Made by a program: the position numbers and the translations under genes | Notes under the pieces: model-generated | What the model saw: the letters and a program-made list of their open reading frames with translations, nothing else | Told to the model about the DNA's origin: nothing | Database searches by the model: none | NCBI GenBank assembly: GCA_963736855.1 | Contig: CAVTQK010000015.1 | Location: 416,001 to 480,000, forward strand | DNA length: 64,000 bases | Reading direction: 5' to 3' | Origin: an uncultured delta proteobacterium | Lineage (GTDB): Bacteria > Desulfobacterota > Desulfobacteria > Desulfobacterales > UBA2156 | In this document: piece after piece, positions 49,766-58,423 of the stretch | How positions within the stretch are numbered: position 1 is the stretch's first letter | How the letters are laid out: the number at the start of each line of letters is the position of its first letter

Positions 49766-49834
49766 TCACTCTTTACTTTTCACAATTCACCGTTTACCGT
49801 TCTTAATCACTCTTCACTTTTCCCCCTTTACAAT
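49766..49834. repeat. Degenerate heptamer tandem array T(C/T)ACNNT
   Basis: TCACTCT TTACTTT TCACAAT TCACCGT TTACCGT TCTTAA TCACTCT TCACTTT TCCCCCT TTACAAT. Confidence 0.75.
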
Positions 49835-51348
49835 TTATTCTTCATGTGCGGGAAGAAGATGACGTCGCGGATGGAGTCGGCATCGGTGAAGAGCATGACC
49901 ATTCGGTCGATCCCGATGCCTTCCCCAGCGGTGGGAGGCATGCCGTATTCCAGGGCCTCGATATAGTCTTCGTCCATGGGGTGAGCCTCTTCGTCCCCGG
50001 CCTGCCGCTCTCGGACTTGCTCGAGAAATCTGTTTCTCTGGTCTTCAGGATCGTTGAGTTCGGAAAAGCCATTGGCGATCTCCCGACCGCCGATAAAGAG
50101 CTCAAAACGATCCGTCAAAGAGGGTTGAGTCTCGCTTCGCCTCGAAAGAGGGGATACCTCCACCGGGAAGCCGGTGATGAAGGTGGGCTGGATCAAATGT
50201 GGCTCCACCAAGGCATCGAAGAGCTTGATGAGGATCTTTCCGATGCTACCCTTCTTGGTGACCTGAACCCCTTTGGCCTCGGCCAAGGCAAGGAGTCGGC
50301 TCCGATCGGAAATCATTCCGCTTTCTACCCCGCCGAAGGTCTTAAGGGACTCCAAAAGCGAAATCCGCCTCCAGGGTGCCGCCAAATTAATGACGTTGCT
50401 CTGGTAAGTGATGGAAAGCGTACCGCAAAGAGCTTCCCCCACGTGACGAAACATGGCCTCGGTCAAGATCATAAGGTCATTGTAGGTGGCGTAAGCCTGG
50501 TAAAACTCCAGCATGGTGAATTCGGGGTTGTGCTGGGTGGAAACGCCTTCGTTTCTGAAATTCCGATTGATTTCAAATACCCTTTCCAGCCCCCCGACAA
50601 CCAGCCGCTTCAGGTAGAGCTCGGGTGCGATTCTTAGATAAAGTTCCATTCCCAGCGCGTTGTGATAGGTCTTGAATGGAGCTGCTTCGGCGCCTCCGGG
50701 CACGGGATGCATCATGGGTGTTTCCACTTCCATGAAGTCTTTGCCGATGAGAAACTCCCGGACGAACTGGATGACCCGGCTTCTTTTTGCAAACAGCTCC
50801 CGGACCGCAGGGTTCATGATCAAGTCGAGGTAGCGCTGTCGGTACCGTTTTTCCGGATCCTTGAGCCCGTGAAACTTCTCCGGGAGGGGGCGAAGGGCTT
50901 TGCAGATCAGCTTCAGATCCGTCGCTAACAAAGTCCATTCTCCGGTTCGGGTGATGAACATGGGACCCGTAAGACCGATGAAATCTCCGGCCTCCAGCTT
51001 TTGAAACACCTCAAAGGTCTCCCCGCTCATCTTCTCCTTACGGATATAGGCCTGAATCTGGCCGGTTCGGTCCCTGAAGCGGATAAAGGCGCTCTTTCCG
51101 AACCGGTTGATGGCAACAATGCGCCCCGCTGTCTGAAAAACGGGTCCTTGCTCCGAAATATCTTCGGGTGCCGCTCCTTCCACGGCCTGCCGGATTTCCC
51201 TGATATCGTGGGAAACTCTGAAATCATTGGGATATAAAGGTATGTTTCGACTTTTTAGCTCTTCTATCTTCTGTTTGCGTTGAGCCAAGATATCTTTATT
51301 TTCTTCAGGTGTCTGATCCATTTGTTCTACCGGGTCGTTCTTGCCCAC
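49828..51348 (-). CDS. lysS: Lysine--tRNA ligase (class II)
   Basis: LPEKFHGL, RYRQRYLDL, YLRIAPELYLKRL, FRNEG, HNPEFT, YGMPPTAGEGIGIDR. Confidence 0.98.
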   Translation of the reverse strand: MGKNDPVEQMDQTPEENKDILAQRKQKIEELKSRNIPLYPNDFRVSHDIREIRQAVEGAAPEDISEQGPVFQTAGRIVAINRFGKSAFIRFRDRTGQIQAYIRKEKMSGETFEVFQKLEAGDFIGLTGPMFITRTGEWTLLATDLKLICKALRPLPEKFHGLKDPEKRYRQRYLDLIMNPAVRELFAKRSRVIQFVREFLIGKDFMEVETPMMHPVPGGAEAAPFKTYHNALGMELYLRIAPELYLKRLVVGGLERVFEINRNFRNEGVSTQHNPEFTMLEFYQAYATYNDLMILTEAMFRHVGEALCGTLSITYQSNVINLAAPWRRISLLESLKTFGGVESGMISDRSRLLALAEAKGVQVTKKGSIGKILIKLFDALVEPHLIQPTFITGFPVEVSPLSRRSETQPSLTDRFELFIGGREIANGFSELNDPEDQRNRFLEQVRERQAGDEEAHPMDEDYIEALEYGMPPTAGEGIGIDRMVMLFTDADSIRDVIFFPHMKNKL

Positions 51349-51451
51349 CTCGTTGAGATTGTTTAACTCATTTTTCCGTCACGGGTGCATCATGACCGAC
51401 TGCTGTGTTTCACGGTTTACCATTTTCAATTTAAAAAATGAAATTTAATCT

Positions 51452-51479
51452 TTTATATGAGTTACCCATGAAGTGTCAA
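51452..51479 (-). promoter_or_regulatory. Sigma-70 promoter of the lysS-lol-bam-lpx run
   Basis: TTGACA-16 bp-TATAAA. Confidence 0.6.
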
Positions 51480-51645
51480 GATTAACCTCGAATGCCTCCG
51501 ATGCCAAACTGAATGGGTTTTTCTTAAAATGCGCTCAACGGGCTTGTGAAACGGGTCGAATTCAGGTAGAGTTAATCTGTTTTAAGATGGCACCCGTTAG
51601 ATGTGAAATGAAACCATCAACGCCCAAAAACCGAGGAGATTGACC

Positions 51646-52188
51646 ATGTGCCTGAAACAATGTTGGGTTTTATTATTCTGTGTCGCCCTCGCTGCTCCGG
51701 CTGCCGCACAATTTTATAAATATAAGGACGGGGAGGGAAATGTACGCTTCACGGACGACTTAAGCCAGATTCCGGAATCCCAGCAATCCGGCGCAACCCC
51801 TTATGAACAGGCGGAAAGCCGGCCGGAAGAGCTTCCTACCTCCGGGAAGCCCGAGGGCTCCAAAGACACGGAGGTTAAGACCCAGAAAGAGGCGGAGCTG
51901 AACCAAGCTAAGCTCACCCTGGAAGAGAAGAAGAAGCAACTGGATGCAGAGCGTAAAGCGCTCATGGATAGACGTGCAGCCCTTGAAAAGAGTGCAAGCA
52001 TCCGCAGGACTCGCACACAGTCTGTCGCGCATAATAAGGAGGTGGTGAAGCTCAACGACGAGCTGCTGGCTTTCGAAAAGCGGATGAACGAGTTTAACGC
52101 AGAGGTTGAAAGCTATAACCAACGGTTTAAAGAGGCTGAAAAACATCGCCTGGAAAAGATAAATCCCGCACTACCGCCGGTTGATTGA
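51646..52188 (+). CDS. DUF4124 exported coiled-coil protein
   Basis: Signal peptide, FYKYKDGEGNVRFTDD..IP, long coiled coil; GAGGAG RBS. Confidence 0.85.
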   Translation: MCLKQCWVLLFCVALAAPAAAQFYKYKDGEGNVRFTDDLSQIPESQQSGATPYEQAESRPEELPTSGKPEGSKDTEVKTQKEAELNQAKLTLEEKKKQLDAERKALMDRRAALEKSASIRRTRTQSVAHNKEVVKLNDELLAFEKRMNEFNAEVESYNQRFKEAEKHRLEKINPALPPVD

Positions 52189-52223
52189 TTTCAGCCTGCT
52201 CCGGCATGGAATATTAAGACTCC

Positions 52224-52469
52224 ATGAAATCCCAGTTTATCAAGATTGCAGGGCTTGAAAATGGTATTGAAGCTCAACTGGTGGAATCCATTTTGAACGA
52301 ACAGGAGATTCCTCATCGTATCCGTTCCTATTACGACACCGCCTACGACGGACTGTTTCAGGTCCAAAAAGGGTGGGGGGAAATCCATGCACCTGCAACC
52401 TTCATGGAACCGATCCGAGAGATCCTCCGCGCGGTGCGTGCCCATGCCCAAGATGATAATTCAAAATAG
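52224..52469 (+). CDS. Small conserved protein (DUF2007-like)
   Basis: ENGIEAQLVESILNEQEIPH, SYYDTAYDGLFQ..KGWG. Confidence 0.75.
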   Translation: MKSQFIKIAGLENGIEAQLVESILNEQEIPHRIRSYYDTAYDGLFQVQKGWGEIHAPATFMEPIREILRAVRAHAQDDNSK

Positions 52470-52493
52470 AAATCCATCACAATAAGAAGGAGG

Positions 52494-53783
52494 ATGCACA
52501 TGTCTATGAAATCATCGGATTTTCAAAAGGCAGTAGAAATCGGTCGTCCCCCCAATATCAAACAGATGTTTCCCAATTCGAAAGGCCTGATCATCAGCGG
52601 TAAGTTCATCGACCGGGCCATGTTGAAAAAGGGGAAAGCCATCGCTATAGCCGCCAACGGCCGCAACACCTTTGTCATCCAGGGTGCTCTCAGAGCCGCC
52701 CAGCGGGCCAACACCGCCATCATCATCGAGATTGCCAAGTCCGAAGGCGGCACCGATGCCTATTGTGCCATCAACTACTGGAATATGGCCCGGATCGTGG
52801 ACGCCCTGCTCAACGAAATGGGGATCACCGTTCCGGTGGCTCTGCATGCGGATCACTACGGAATCAAGTCTGAAAAGGATATCGAGAAGGCAAAAACCGA
52901 GATTCCGACCCTTTTCGAGTTCGGGATGACTTCCATCGCCATCGATGCTTCCCACATGCCCGACGATCAGAACCTCTTAGCTAACCTCGCCCTTTATCCC
53001 TTTGTTCCTAAGTGGGCGGGGCTGGAGACGGAAGTCGGGGAAATCAAGGGGAAAGAAGGGCTTTCTACCGTCCGAGAGGCTCTCTTTCTGATCCAGGGTC
53101 TCAATGCCCACAGTATCTTTCCGGACTGGATCGCCCTCAACAATGGCACCACCCACGGTATCGAGGCTAGCGACCAGGGGATCCAGGTCGAATTGACCCG
53201 GCAGATCCATGAAGCACTTTCCCCCTACCGGGTCTCCGGCGCCCAGCACGGCACCTCGGGAAACAATTCAGACCGCCTCAGGGAGATCGCTGCCAAGACC
53301 CGCACGACCAAGGCCAACGTTGCCACCGCACTCCAGATGATTTCCTGGGGTCTCGAAGTCAACGATTACGGCAACGCCCTGCTGAATGAAAACGGCGCCT
53401 TCATCAAAGTGGCGAACACGGGGGTCACCGAGCCCATGTGGGCGGAAATGATCGCCTATGCATCCACTAAAGGGTGGAAGAAGGGGGATTTCAAGAAACT
53501 GAACCTGCCCTTTGAAAATCGGCTTCTAGCCCAACCCCGGGAGATACGGGAACGAATGATCCGCCGTGTGGAGGACTTCGTCTATACAATGATCACGCAG
53601 GTTTTCAATGCGAAAGATACCGCCGATCTGTGCATCGAGACCATCCTGAAAACCGGTTCCTTCGATTGCGGTCCAAAAGGCGAAAGGATTGAAGATCCTG
53701 CGGCATGGACGCCGGAAAAGATCGTCCAAAAAGCGAAGGCCTTGAACGCGGAAAAAGGTTCAGCCGGAAATTTCGACGACTAG
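52494..53783 (+). CDS. fba: Class II fructose-bisphosphate aldolase
   Basis: LHADH, IDASH, ETEVGEI, GTTHG, AQHGTSG, KANVAT. Confidence 0.9.
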   Translation: MHMSMKSSDFQKAVEIGRPPNIKQMFPNSKGLIISGKFIDRAMLKKGKAIAIAANGRNTFVIQGALRAAQRANTAIIIEIAKSEGGTDAYCAINYWNMARIVDALLNEMGITVPVALHADHYGIKSEKDIEKAKTEIPTLFEFGMTSIAIDASHMPDDQNLLANLALYPFVPKWAGLETEVGEIKGKEGLSTVREALFLIQGLNAHSIFPDWIALNNGTTHGIEASDQGIQVELTRQIHEALSPYRVSGAQHGTSGNNSDRLREIAAKTRTTKANVATALQMISWGLEVNDYGNALLNENGAFIKVANTGVTEPMWAEMIAYASTKGWKKGDFKKLNLPFENRLLAQPREIRERMIRRVEDFVYTMITQVFNAKDTADLCIETILKTGSFDCGPKGERIEDPAAWTPEKIVQKAKALNAEKGSAGNFDD

Positions 53784-53785
53784 CC

Positions 53786-54313
53786 ATGCGGGAAAAGACA
53801 CACTGCCCCTTTTGCGGCCATCCGTTGATTCGACGTATTTCTGAAGGACACTTGCGTCTGTTTTGCACGAACTGCAACGAGCCGATTTACGAAAATCCCA
53901 TCCCCGCCACCTGTCTGGTGGTGGTGGATGCCCGAGATCGAGTTCTTCTGGTCAAGCGCAGCGTGGAGCCAAAAAAAGGGTACTGGTGTCTGCCCGGGGG
54001 GTTTTTGGAGGTCCGTGAAACGCCTGAGGAAGGAGCGCTTCGGGAACTCTTCGAAGAGACCGGACTTTCCGGTAAGATCACCCGGCTTCTTGGGGTCACC
54101 ACAAACCCAAGCCCCCGGTACCGTTCGGTCCTCATGATCGGCTACCTGGTCCGAACCTTTGAGGGGACCGCCCTGCCGGGCGACGATGCCTCAGATTTGG
54201 CCTTCTTCGCTCCCGATGCCTTACCGGAGATCGCCTTTGATAGCCACCACCGATTCATCCGGATATTTTATGCCGCTTATTCGGTGAACAGTGAGAAGGG
54301 CTGTGACGAGTGA
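53786..54313 (+). CDS. NUDIX hydrolase with N-terminal zinc ribbon
   Basis: CPFCG..CTNC, YENP, GGFLEVRETPEEGALRELFEETGL Nudix box. Confidence 0.92.
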   Translation: MREKTHCPFCGHPLIRRISEGHLRLFCTNCNEPIYENPIPATCLVVVDARDRVLLVKRSVEPKKGYWCLPGGFLEVRETPEEGALRELFEETGLSGKITRLLGVTTNPSPRYRSVLMIGYLVRTFEGTALPGDDASDLAFFAPDALPEIAFDSHHRFIRIFYAAYSVNSEKGCDE

Positions 54314-54410
54314 CGTAAGAACAGCAACGAGTGACAAGTGACCAGATAGACCAAACCAACAAGATCAACGAAACAGACCAGATAGACCAAACGACCAAAT
54401 AAACCAGATC
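54303..54410. repeat. Heptamer array (6 units) fused to a nonamer array (8 units)
   Basis: GTGACGA GTGACGT AAGAACA GCAACGA GTGACAA GTGACCA, then GACCAGATA GACCAAACC AACAAGATC AACGAAACA GACCAGATA GACCAAAC GACCAAATA AACCAGATC. Confidence 0.85.
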
Positions 54411-55188
54411 ACCAAGTCTTCCGGACCTTGATCCCACGGTCGCCCAGGTATTCCTTGATCTGGGGGAGGGTATAAGTGCCGTAATGCACCATGGAAGCGA
54501 TAAGTGCGGCGTCCGCCTTTCCCTTTGTAAGGACGTCGTACAGATGCTCGGGCTTTCCCGCACCACCTGACGCAATGACGGGAATCCCCACATTATCGGA
54601 GATCATGGACGTCAAGTTCAGTTCGTAACCCTCTCGGGTCCCATCCGTGTCGATGGCGTTCAAACAGATCTCTCCGGCCCCAAGCGCTTCCGCCTCCTTG
54701 GCCCATTGAAGGGCATCGATTCCCATATAAGTCCTCCCGCCGTTAATAACAATCTCATACCCCGACGGGATCCCCGCTTTCACGCCTACATGCTTGACAT
54801 CCATTCCCAGGACAATGCACTGGTTTCCGAAGGCCTTCGCCCCCTTTGAGATAATAGATGGATTGCGGACTGCCGCCGAGTTCACACTCACCTTCTCGGC
54901 ACCTGCCAGGAGCACGGCACGCATGTCCTCTACGCTTCGGATCCCCCCGCCCACCGAAAAGGGGATGAAGATGGTTTCCGCCACACACCGGACCACCTCG
55001 ATCATGATGTCCCGTTTCTCGTGGGAAGCGGTGATATCGTAAAACACGATCTCGTCGGCTCCGGCCTCGTAGTACAGGCGTGCCATCTCCACAGGGTCTC
55101 CGATGTCGACATTTTCCTTGAACCGGATTCCCTTGGTCGTCTTTCCATCCCGAACATCCAGGCAAGGGATGATCCTTTTACTTAGCAT
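54409..55188 (-). CDS. hisF: Imidazole glycerol phosphate synthase cyclase subunit
   Basis: [31 protein letters not shown]. Confidence 0.97.
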   Translation of the reverse strand: MLSKRIIPCLDVRDGKTTKGIRFKENVDIGDPVEMARLYYEAGADEIVFYDITASHEKRDIMIEVVRCVAETIFIPFSVGGGIRSVEDMRAVLLAGAEKVSVNSAAVRNPSIISKGAKAFGNQCIVLGMDVKHVGVKAGIPSGYEIVINGGRTYMGIDALQWAKEAEALGAGEICLNAIDTDGTREGYELNLTSMISDNVGIPVIASGGAGKPEHLYDVLTKGKADAALIASMVHYGTYTLPQIKEYLGDRGIKVRKTW

Positions 55189-55210
55189 GGCGTCTTCTCC
55201 ATATCCGACA

Positions 55211-55849
55211 TCAGACCTTGAGTTTTCCATCCCATCGGCAAAACTGTCTCAAGATGGAAAGCCCGGGCCTTCCGCTCTTTTCCGGGTGAAACTGGGTGGC
55301 AAAAAGGTTTTGCCTCCCCATCACCGAAGCAAACGTCAAACCATAATCGGTAAATCCCACCACCCAATCAGGATCCCGGGGGTCAGGGAAATATCCGTGT
55401 ACGAAATAAAACTCATCAGTCTCCCGGATGTCGGTCAATAAAGGATGTGCCCTCACAATACGGACGCGATTCCATCCCATATGGGGAATCTTAAGGCGCT
55501 CTCCGTCATGGGATCGGAGGTCCCCCGGAAAGGCGCGCACTGTTCCCGGGATGATCCCCAGACAGGTCGTGTTGTTTTCCTCACTGTGTTCCAGGATCAC
55601 CTGGGTTCCCACGCAAATCCCTAAAATCGGCTTTCCTTCTTCAAAGGCGTCTTTCAGACATCGGTCCAGATCCAGGCGTCTCAAGGAGGCCATGGCAGAA
55701 CCGGCAGCCCCAACCCCCGGGAAGATGATCCTTTCGGACCGTTGAATGGCCTTCAGATCGTTGGTAACGGTGCACGAAAAGCCCAGGTGGGATACGGCCC
55801 GGGCCACACTAGTCAGGTTTCCAGCGTCATAGTCGATGATGGCAATCAT
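55211..55849 (-). CDS. hisH: Imidazole glycerol phosphate synthase glutaminase subunit
   Basis: [31 protein letters not shown]. Confidence 0.97.
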   Translation of the reverse strand: MIAIIDYDAGNLTSVARAVSHLGFSCTVTNDLKAIQRSERIIFPGVGAAGSAMASLRRLDLDRCLKDAFEEGKPILGICVGTQVILEHSEENNTTCLGIIPGTVRAFPGDLRSHDGERLKIPHMGWNRVRIVRAHPLLTDIRETDEFYFVHGYFPDPRDPDWVVGFTDYGLTFASVMGRQNLFATQFHPEKSGRPGLSILRQFCRWDGKLKV

Positions 55850-55860
55850 GGTTTGTTGGA

Positions 55861-55897
55861 CCGTGAACGGTTAAAGGTAAAAGATGAATCGTAAAGA
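55861..55897. repeat. Degenerate heptamer array (5 units)
   Basis: CGTGAAC GGTTAAA GGTAAAA GATGAAT CGTAAAG; reverse complement resembles the 49766 array. Confidence 0.55.
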
Positions 55898-55909
55898 TGT
55901 TCACTTCCG

Positions 55910-56692
55910 TCAGATTATTTGTTCCTTGGCTTTATCCCAAAGAGCATCTTTTTCGGCCTGCGGAACCGACCGGATATCCCTTCCGCTTTCAACGATCTGC
56001 TCTTCAATAAACCGAAAGCGCCTTTCAAACTTCTTCGTAGCGGCATGCAGGGTGCTCTCCGGATCCAGCCGGGCAAACCGCGCTACGTTGACCAGGGTAA
56101 ACAGAAGGTCCCCGAATTCCTGAGCCAACCGATCGTCCTTATTCTTGGGGTCGGGTAAGCTCTCTCCCATTTCTGCATTGAACTCCCGCCATTCTTCTTC
56201 AACTTTTTCCATGACCCCGGAAATATCATCCCAATCAAACTTCGCCCCGGCAGCGCGCTCTGACATCCGCAACGCCCGCATCAGGGCGGGCAGGTGCCTG
56301 GGCACGGATCCCAGGATGGAATCCTTGGAATCTTCTTTCTCTTCAGCCTTGATCCGCTGCCATTGGTCCTTGACGGCATCGGAAGTTTCAAGGGACTTTT
56401 CCCCAAACACATGGGGGTGTCTTCGGATCATCTTTTCCATGATTCCCTCGATCACCCGATCCAGGCCGAAAAGACTCTTTTCCTCAAAGCAATCGATGAT
56501 GAACATCAGGTGAAACAGGACGTCCCCCAGCTCTTCACAGACACTCCGGCTATCATCGGCCTCCACGGCATCCAATAGTTCATAGGTCTCTTCTAAAAGA
56601 TATCCGACTATGGTCCGGGGCGTCTGTTCCCGATCCCAGGGACATCCCTTATCCCCCCTCAAGGAACGGATTAATCCCTTCAGCCGCTTCAC
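55910..56692 (-). CDS. mazG: Nucleoside triphosphate pyrophosphohydrolase
   Basis: GCPWDREQT, EETYE, EELGD, RRHPHVF, EFGDLLF, KFERRF. Confidence 0.96.
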   Translation of the reverse strand: MKRLKGLIRSLRGDKGCPWDREQTPRTIVGYLLEETYELLDAVEADDSRSVCEELGDVLFHLMFIIDCFEEKSLFGLDRVIEGIMEKMIRRHPHVFGEKSLETSDAVKDQWQRIKAEEKEDSKDSILGSVPRHLPALMRALRMSERAAGAKFDWDDISGVMEKVEEEWREFNAEMGESLPDPKNKDDRLAQEFGDLLFTLVNVARFARLDPESTLHAATKKFERRFRFIEEQIVESGRDIRSVPQAEKDALWDKAKEQII

Positions 56693-56719
56693 GTGTGAGC
56701 CTTTCTTTCCGCCACACCC

Positions 56720-57247
56720 TTATGGATGCACGGCGAGTCCCTTTTTCATGGCCTTGAGATTGGCGGTAAACTGGAGGAGCATTTCCTTGGGGAGGACCAG
56801 AGCCATCTTTTCGGTAATGGAAATCAGGTGGGGTGATAGGCGCGATCGCGTGATGAAAGAAGAGCCGGCCGGAAGAAAGGCCACCAGGGCGAGCAACAAT
56901 ACCGTGGTGATCAGCACTCCCTTGAAGGTTCCCGATATGGCTCCGAAAACGCGATCCACCCAACCCAAAATGGTGATTTTCAGAAGGTACTTGATTATGA
57001 CACCGAGAACGCTTATTATAAAATATAATAACATGAAAAGGATCAAAAAGCCGACGATGGACAGGTATGCCGGATTGAGAATACCTCCTGGAATTAAGGA
57101 TGCAGCCGCTCCATAATAGCGAGTTGCAACGAAAAAGCCTGCAAAAACGCCTATAATCGAAAAAAACTCCTTAATAAACCCCCTGAACAGTCCCCGAATA
57201 ATGAAAAACCCGGTAATAAGTGCAAAAAGAATGTCAAAAGCGTTCAT
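56720..57247 (-). CDS. cvpA: CvpA family membrane protein
   Basis: D...GLFRGFIKE, DRVFGAISG. Confidence 0.9.
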   Translation of the reverse strand: MNAFDILFALITGFFIIRGLFRGFIKEFFSIIGVFAGFFVATRYYGAAASLIPGGILNPAYLSIVGFLILFMLLYFIISVLGVIIKYLLKITILGWVDRVFGAISGTFKGVLITTVLLLALVAFLPAGSSFITRSRLSPHLISITEKMALVLPKEMLLQFTANLKAMKKGLAVHP

Positions 57248-57336
57248 GGCTTTTTATCTTTTTTCAGAAAGGCAATTATTTCAGGGTATTTCAGGGAGTA
57301 TCTCGGGTTTAAATACCGGTGTCTAACGATTTAATT

Positions 57337-57364
57337 AGACTATCAGAGCGCCTATCATTGTCAA
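57337..57364 (-). promoter_or_regulatory. Sigma-70 promoter of cvpA-mazG-hisHF
   Basis: TTGACA-16 bp-TAGTCT with extended -10 TG. Confidence 0.55.
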
Positions 57365-57430
57365 GGACATTTTGCATAAATGCGGTCCGCTGGTTGAATA
57401 GGGGTGATCTGCCGGGAACCTTTACTAAAA

Positions 57431-58423
57431 ATGGAATCTGCTTTGGACACTAAAACCACCACCCTGAGCTTTGAAAGTAACGATCTGGCCCGGCAGCTTT
57501 ACGGCCAGCAGAACAGCCACCTCAAACGCATCTCTGAAGTGCTCAAGGTCGATGTAGATGCCCGGGGAAACTCGATCTTCATTCAGGGAAACAGCTTTGC
57601 CGTGGACCTGGCGGAAAACCTATTAGACCAGCTTTATGGCCTTTTGGAAAACAAGTACCCCATCTTCCCGGACGATGTGGATTATGCCATCAATGCCCTG
57701 AGCGCCGACCACCGCACCCGACTCAAAGACATCTTCTTGGATACTATCTTCATCACCGCCAACAAAAGGCTCATCACCCCCAAAAGTTCCAATCAAAAGG
57801 CTTACATTGAGGCCATCCGAAACTTCGATATCGTCTTCGGCATCGGCCCGGCGGGTACAGGAAAAACCTACTTGGCCATGGCGATGGCCGTACTCACTTT
57901 ATCCAAAGGCCGGGTCAACCGGATCATTCTGACCCGGCCGGCGGTGGAAGCCGGGGAAGCGCTGGGGTTCCTTCCCGGGGATATTGCAGAAAAGGTTGAC
58001 CCGTATTTGAGACCGTTGTATGATGCCCTACATGACATGATGCGCTTCGAGAAAGCCTCCGGTCTCATCGAAAAGGGGGTAATCGAGGTGGCACCTCTGG
58101 CATTCATGCGCGGGAGGACCTTAAATGATGCCTTCGTCATCCTGGACGAAGCGCAAAACACTACCTCGGAGCAGATGAAGATGTTTCTAACCCGAATCGG
58201 GTATAATTCGAAGGCAGTGATCACTGGGGATATCACCCAGATCGATCTGCCCTCCGGAAAAGCCTCCGGGCTCATCGAGTCCAAGGAGATCCTCCAGGGG
58301 ATTGAAGGAATCCGATTCGTATTCTTCTCCAAAATGGATGTGGTCCGACACAAGCTCGTCCAGGAAATCATCCGGGCCTATGAAGACCTGGATCTTCGCA
58401 AGAGCGAAAAAGACCGGAAATGA
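57431..58423 (+). CDS. phoH: PhoH family ATPase (YbeZ)
   Basis: GPAGTGKTYLA, RPAVEAGE.LGFLPG, MRGRT, DEAQN, GDITQID. Confidence 0.96.
   Translation: MESALDTKTTTLSFESNDLARQLYGQQNSHLKRISEVLKVDVDARGNSIFIQGNSFAVDLAENLLDQLYGLLENKYPIFPDDVDYAINALSADHRTRLKDIFLDTIFITANKRLITPKSSNQKAYIEAIRNFDIVFGIGPAGTGKTYLAMAMAVLTLSKGRVNRIILTRPAVEAGEALGFLPGDIAEKVDPYLRPLYDALHDMMRFEKASGLIEKGVIEVAPLAFMRGRTLNDAFVILDEAQNTTSEQMKMFLTRIGYNSKAVITGDITQIDLPSGKASGLIESKEILQGIEGIRFVFFSKMDVVRHKLVQEIIRAYEDLDLRKSEKDRK

Noticed and set aside
51350..51450. Lysine riboswitch, T-box or attenuator before lysS
   Set aside because: Leader too short, no consensus motifs, and the 14-codon uORF has no Lys codons
54303..54410. CRISPR array
   Set aside because: Units are 7-9 nt, contiguous, with no spacers and no cas genes
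54409..55849. hisF/hisH as LPS-type WbuZ/WbuY paralogs
   Set aside because: No adjacent N-acetyl-sugar amidotransferase; context is mazG-cvpA and motifs are canonical
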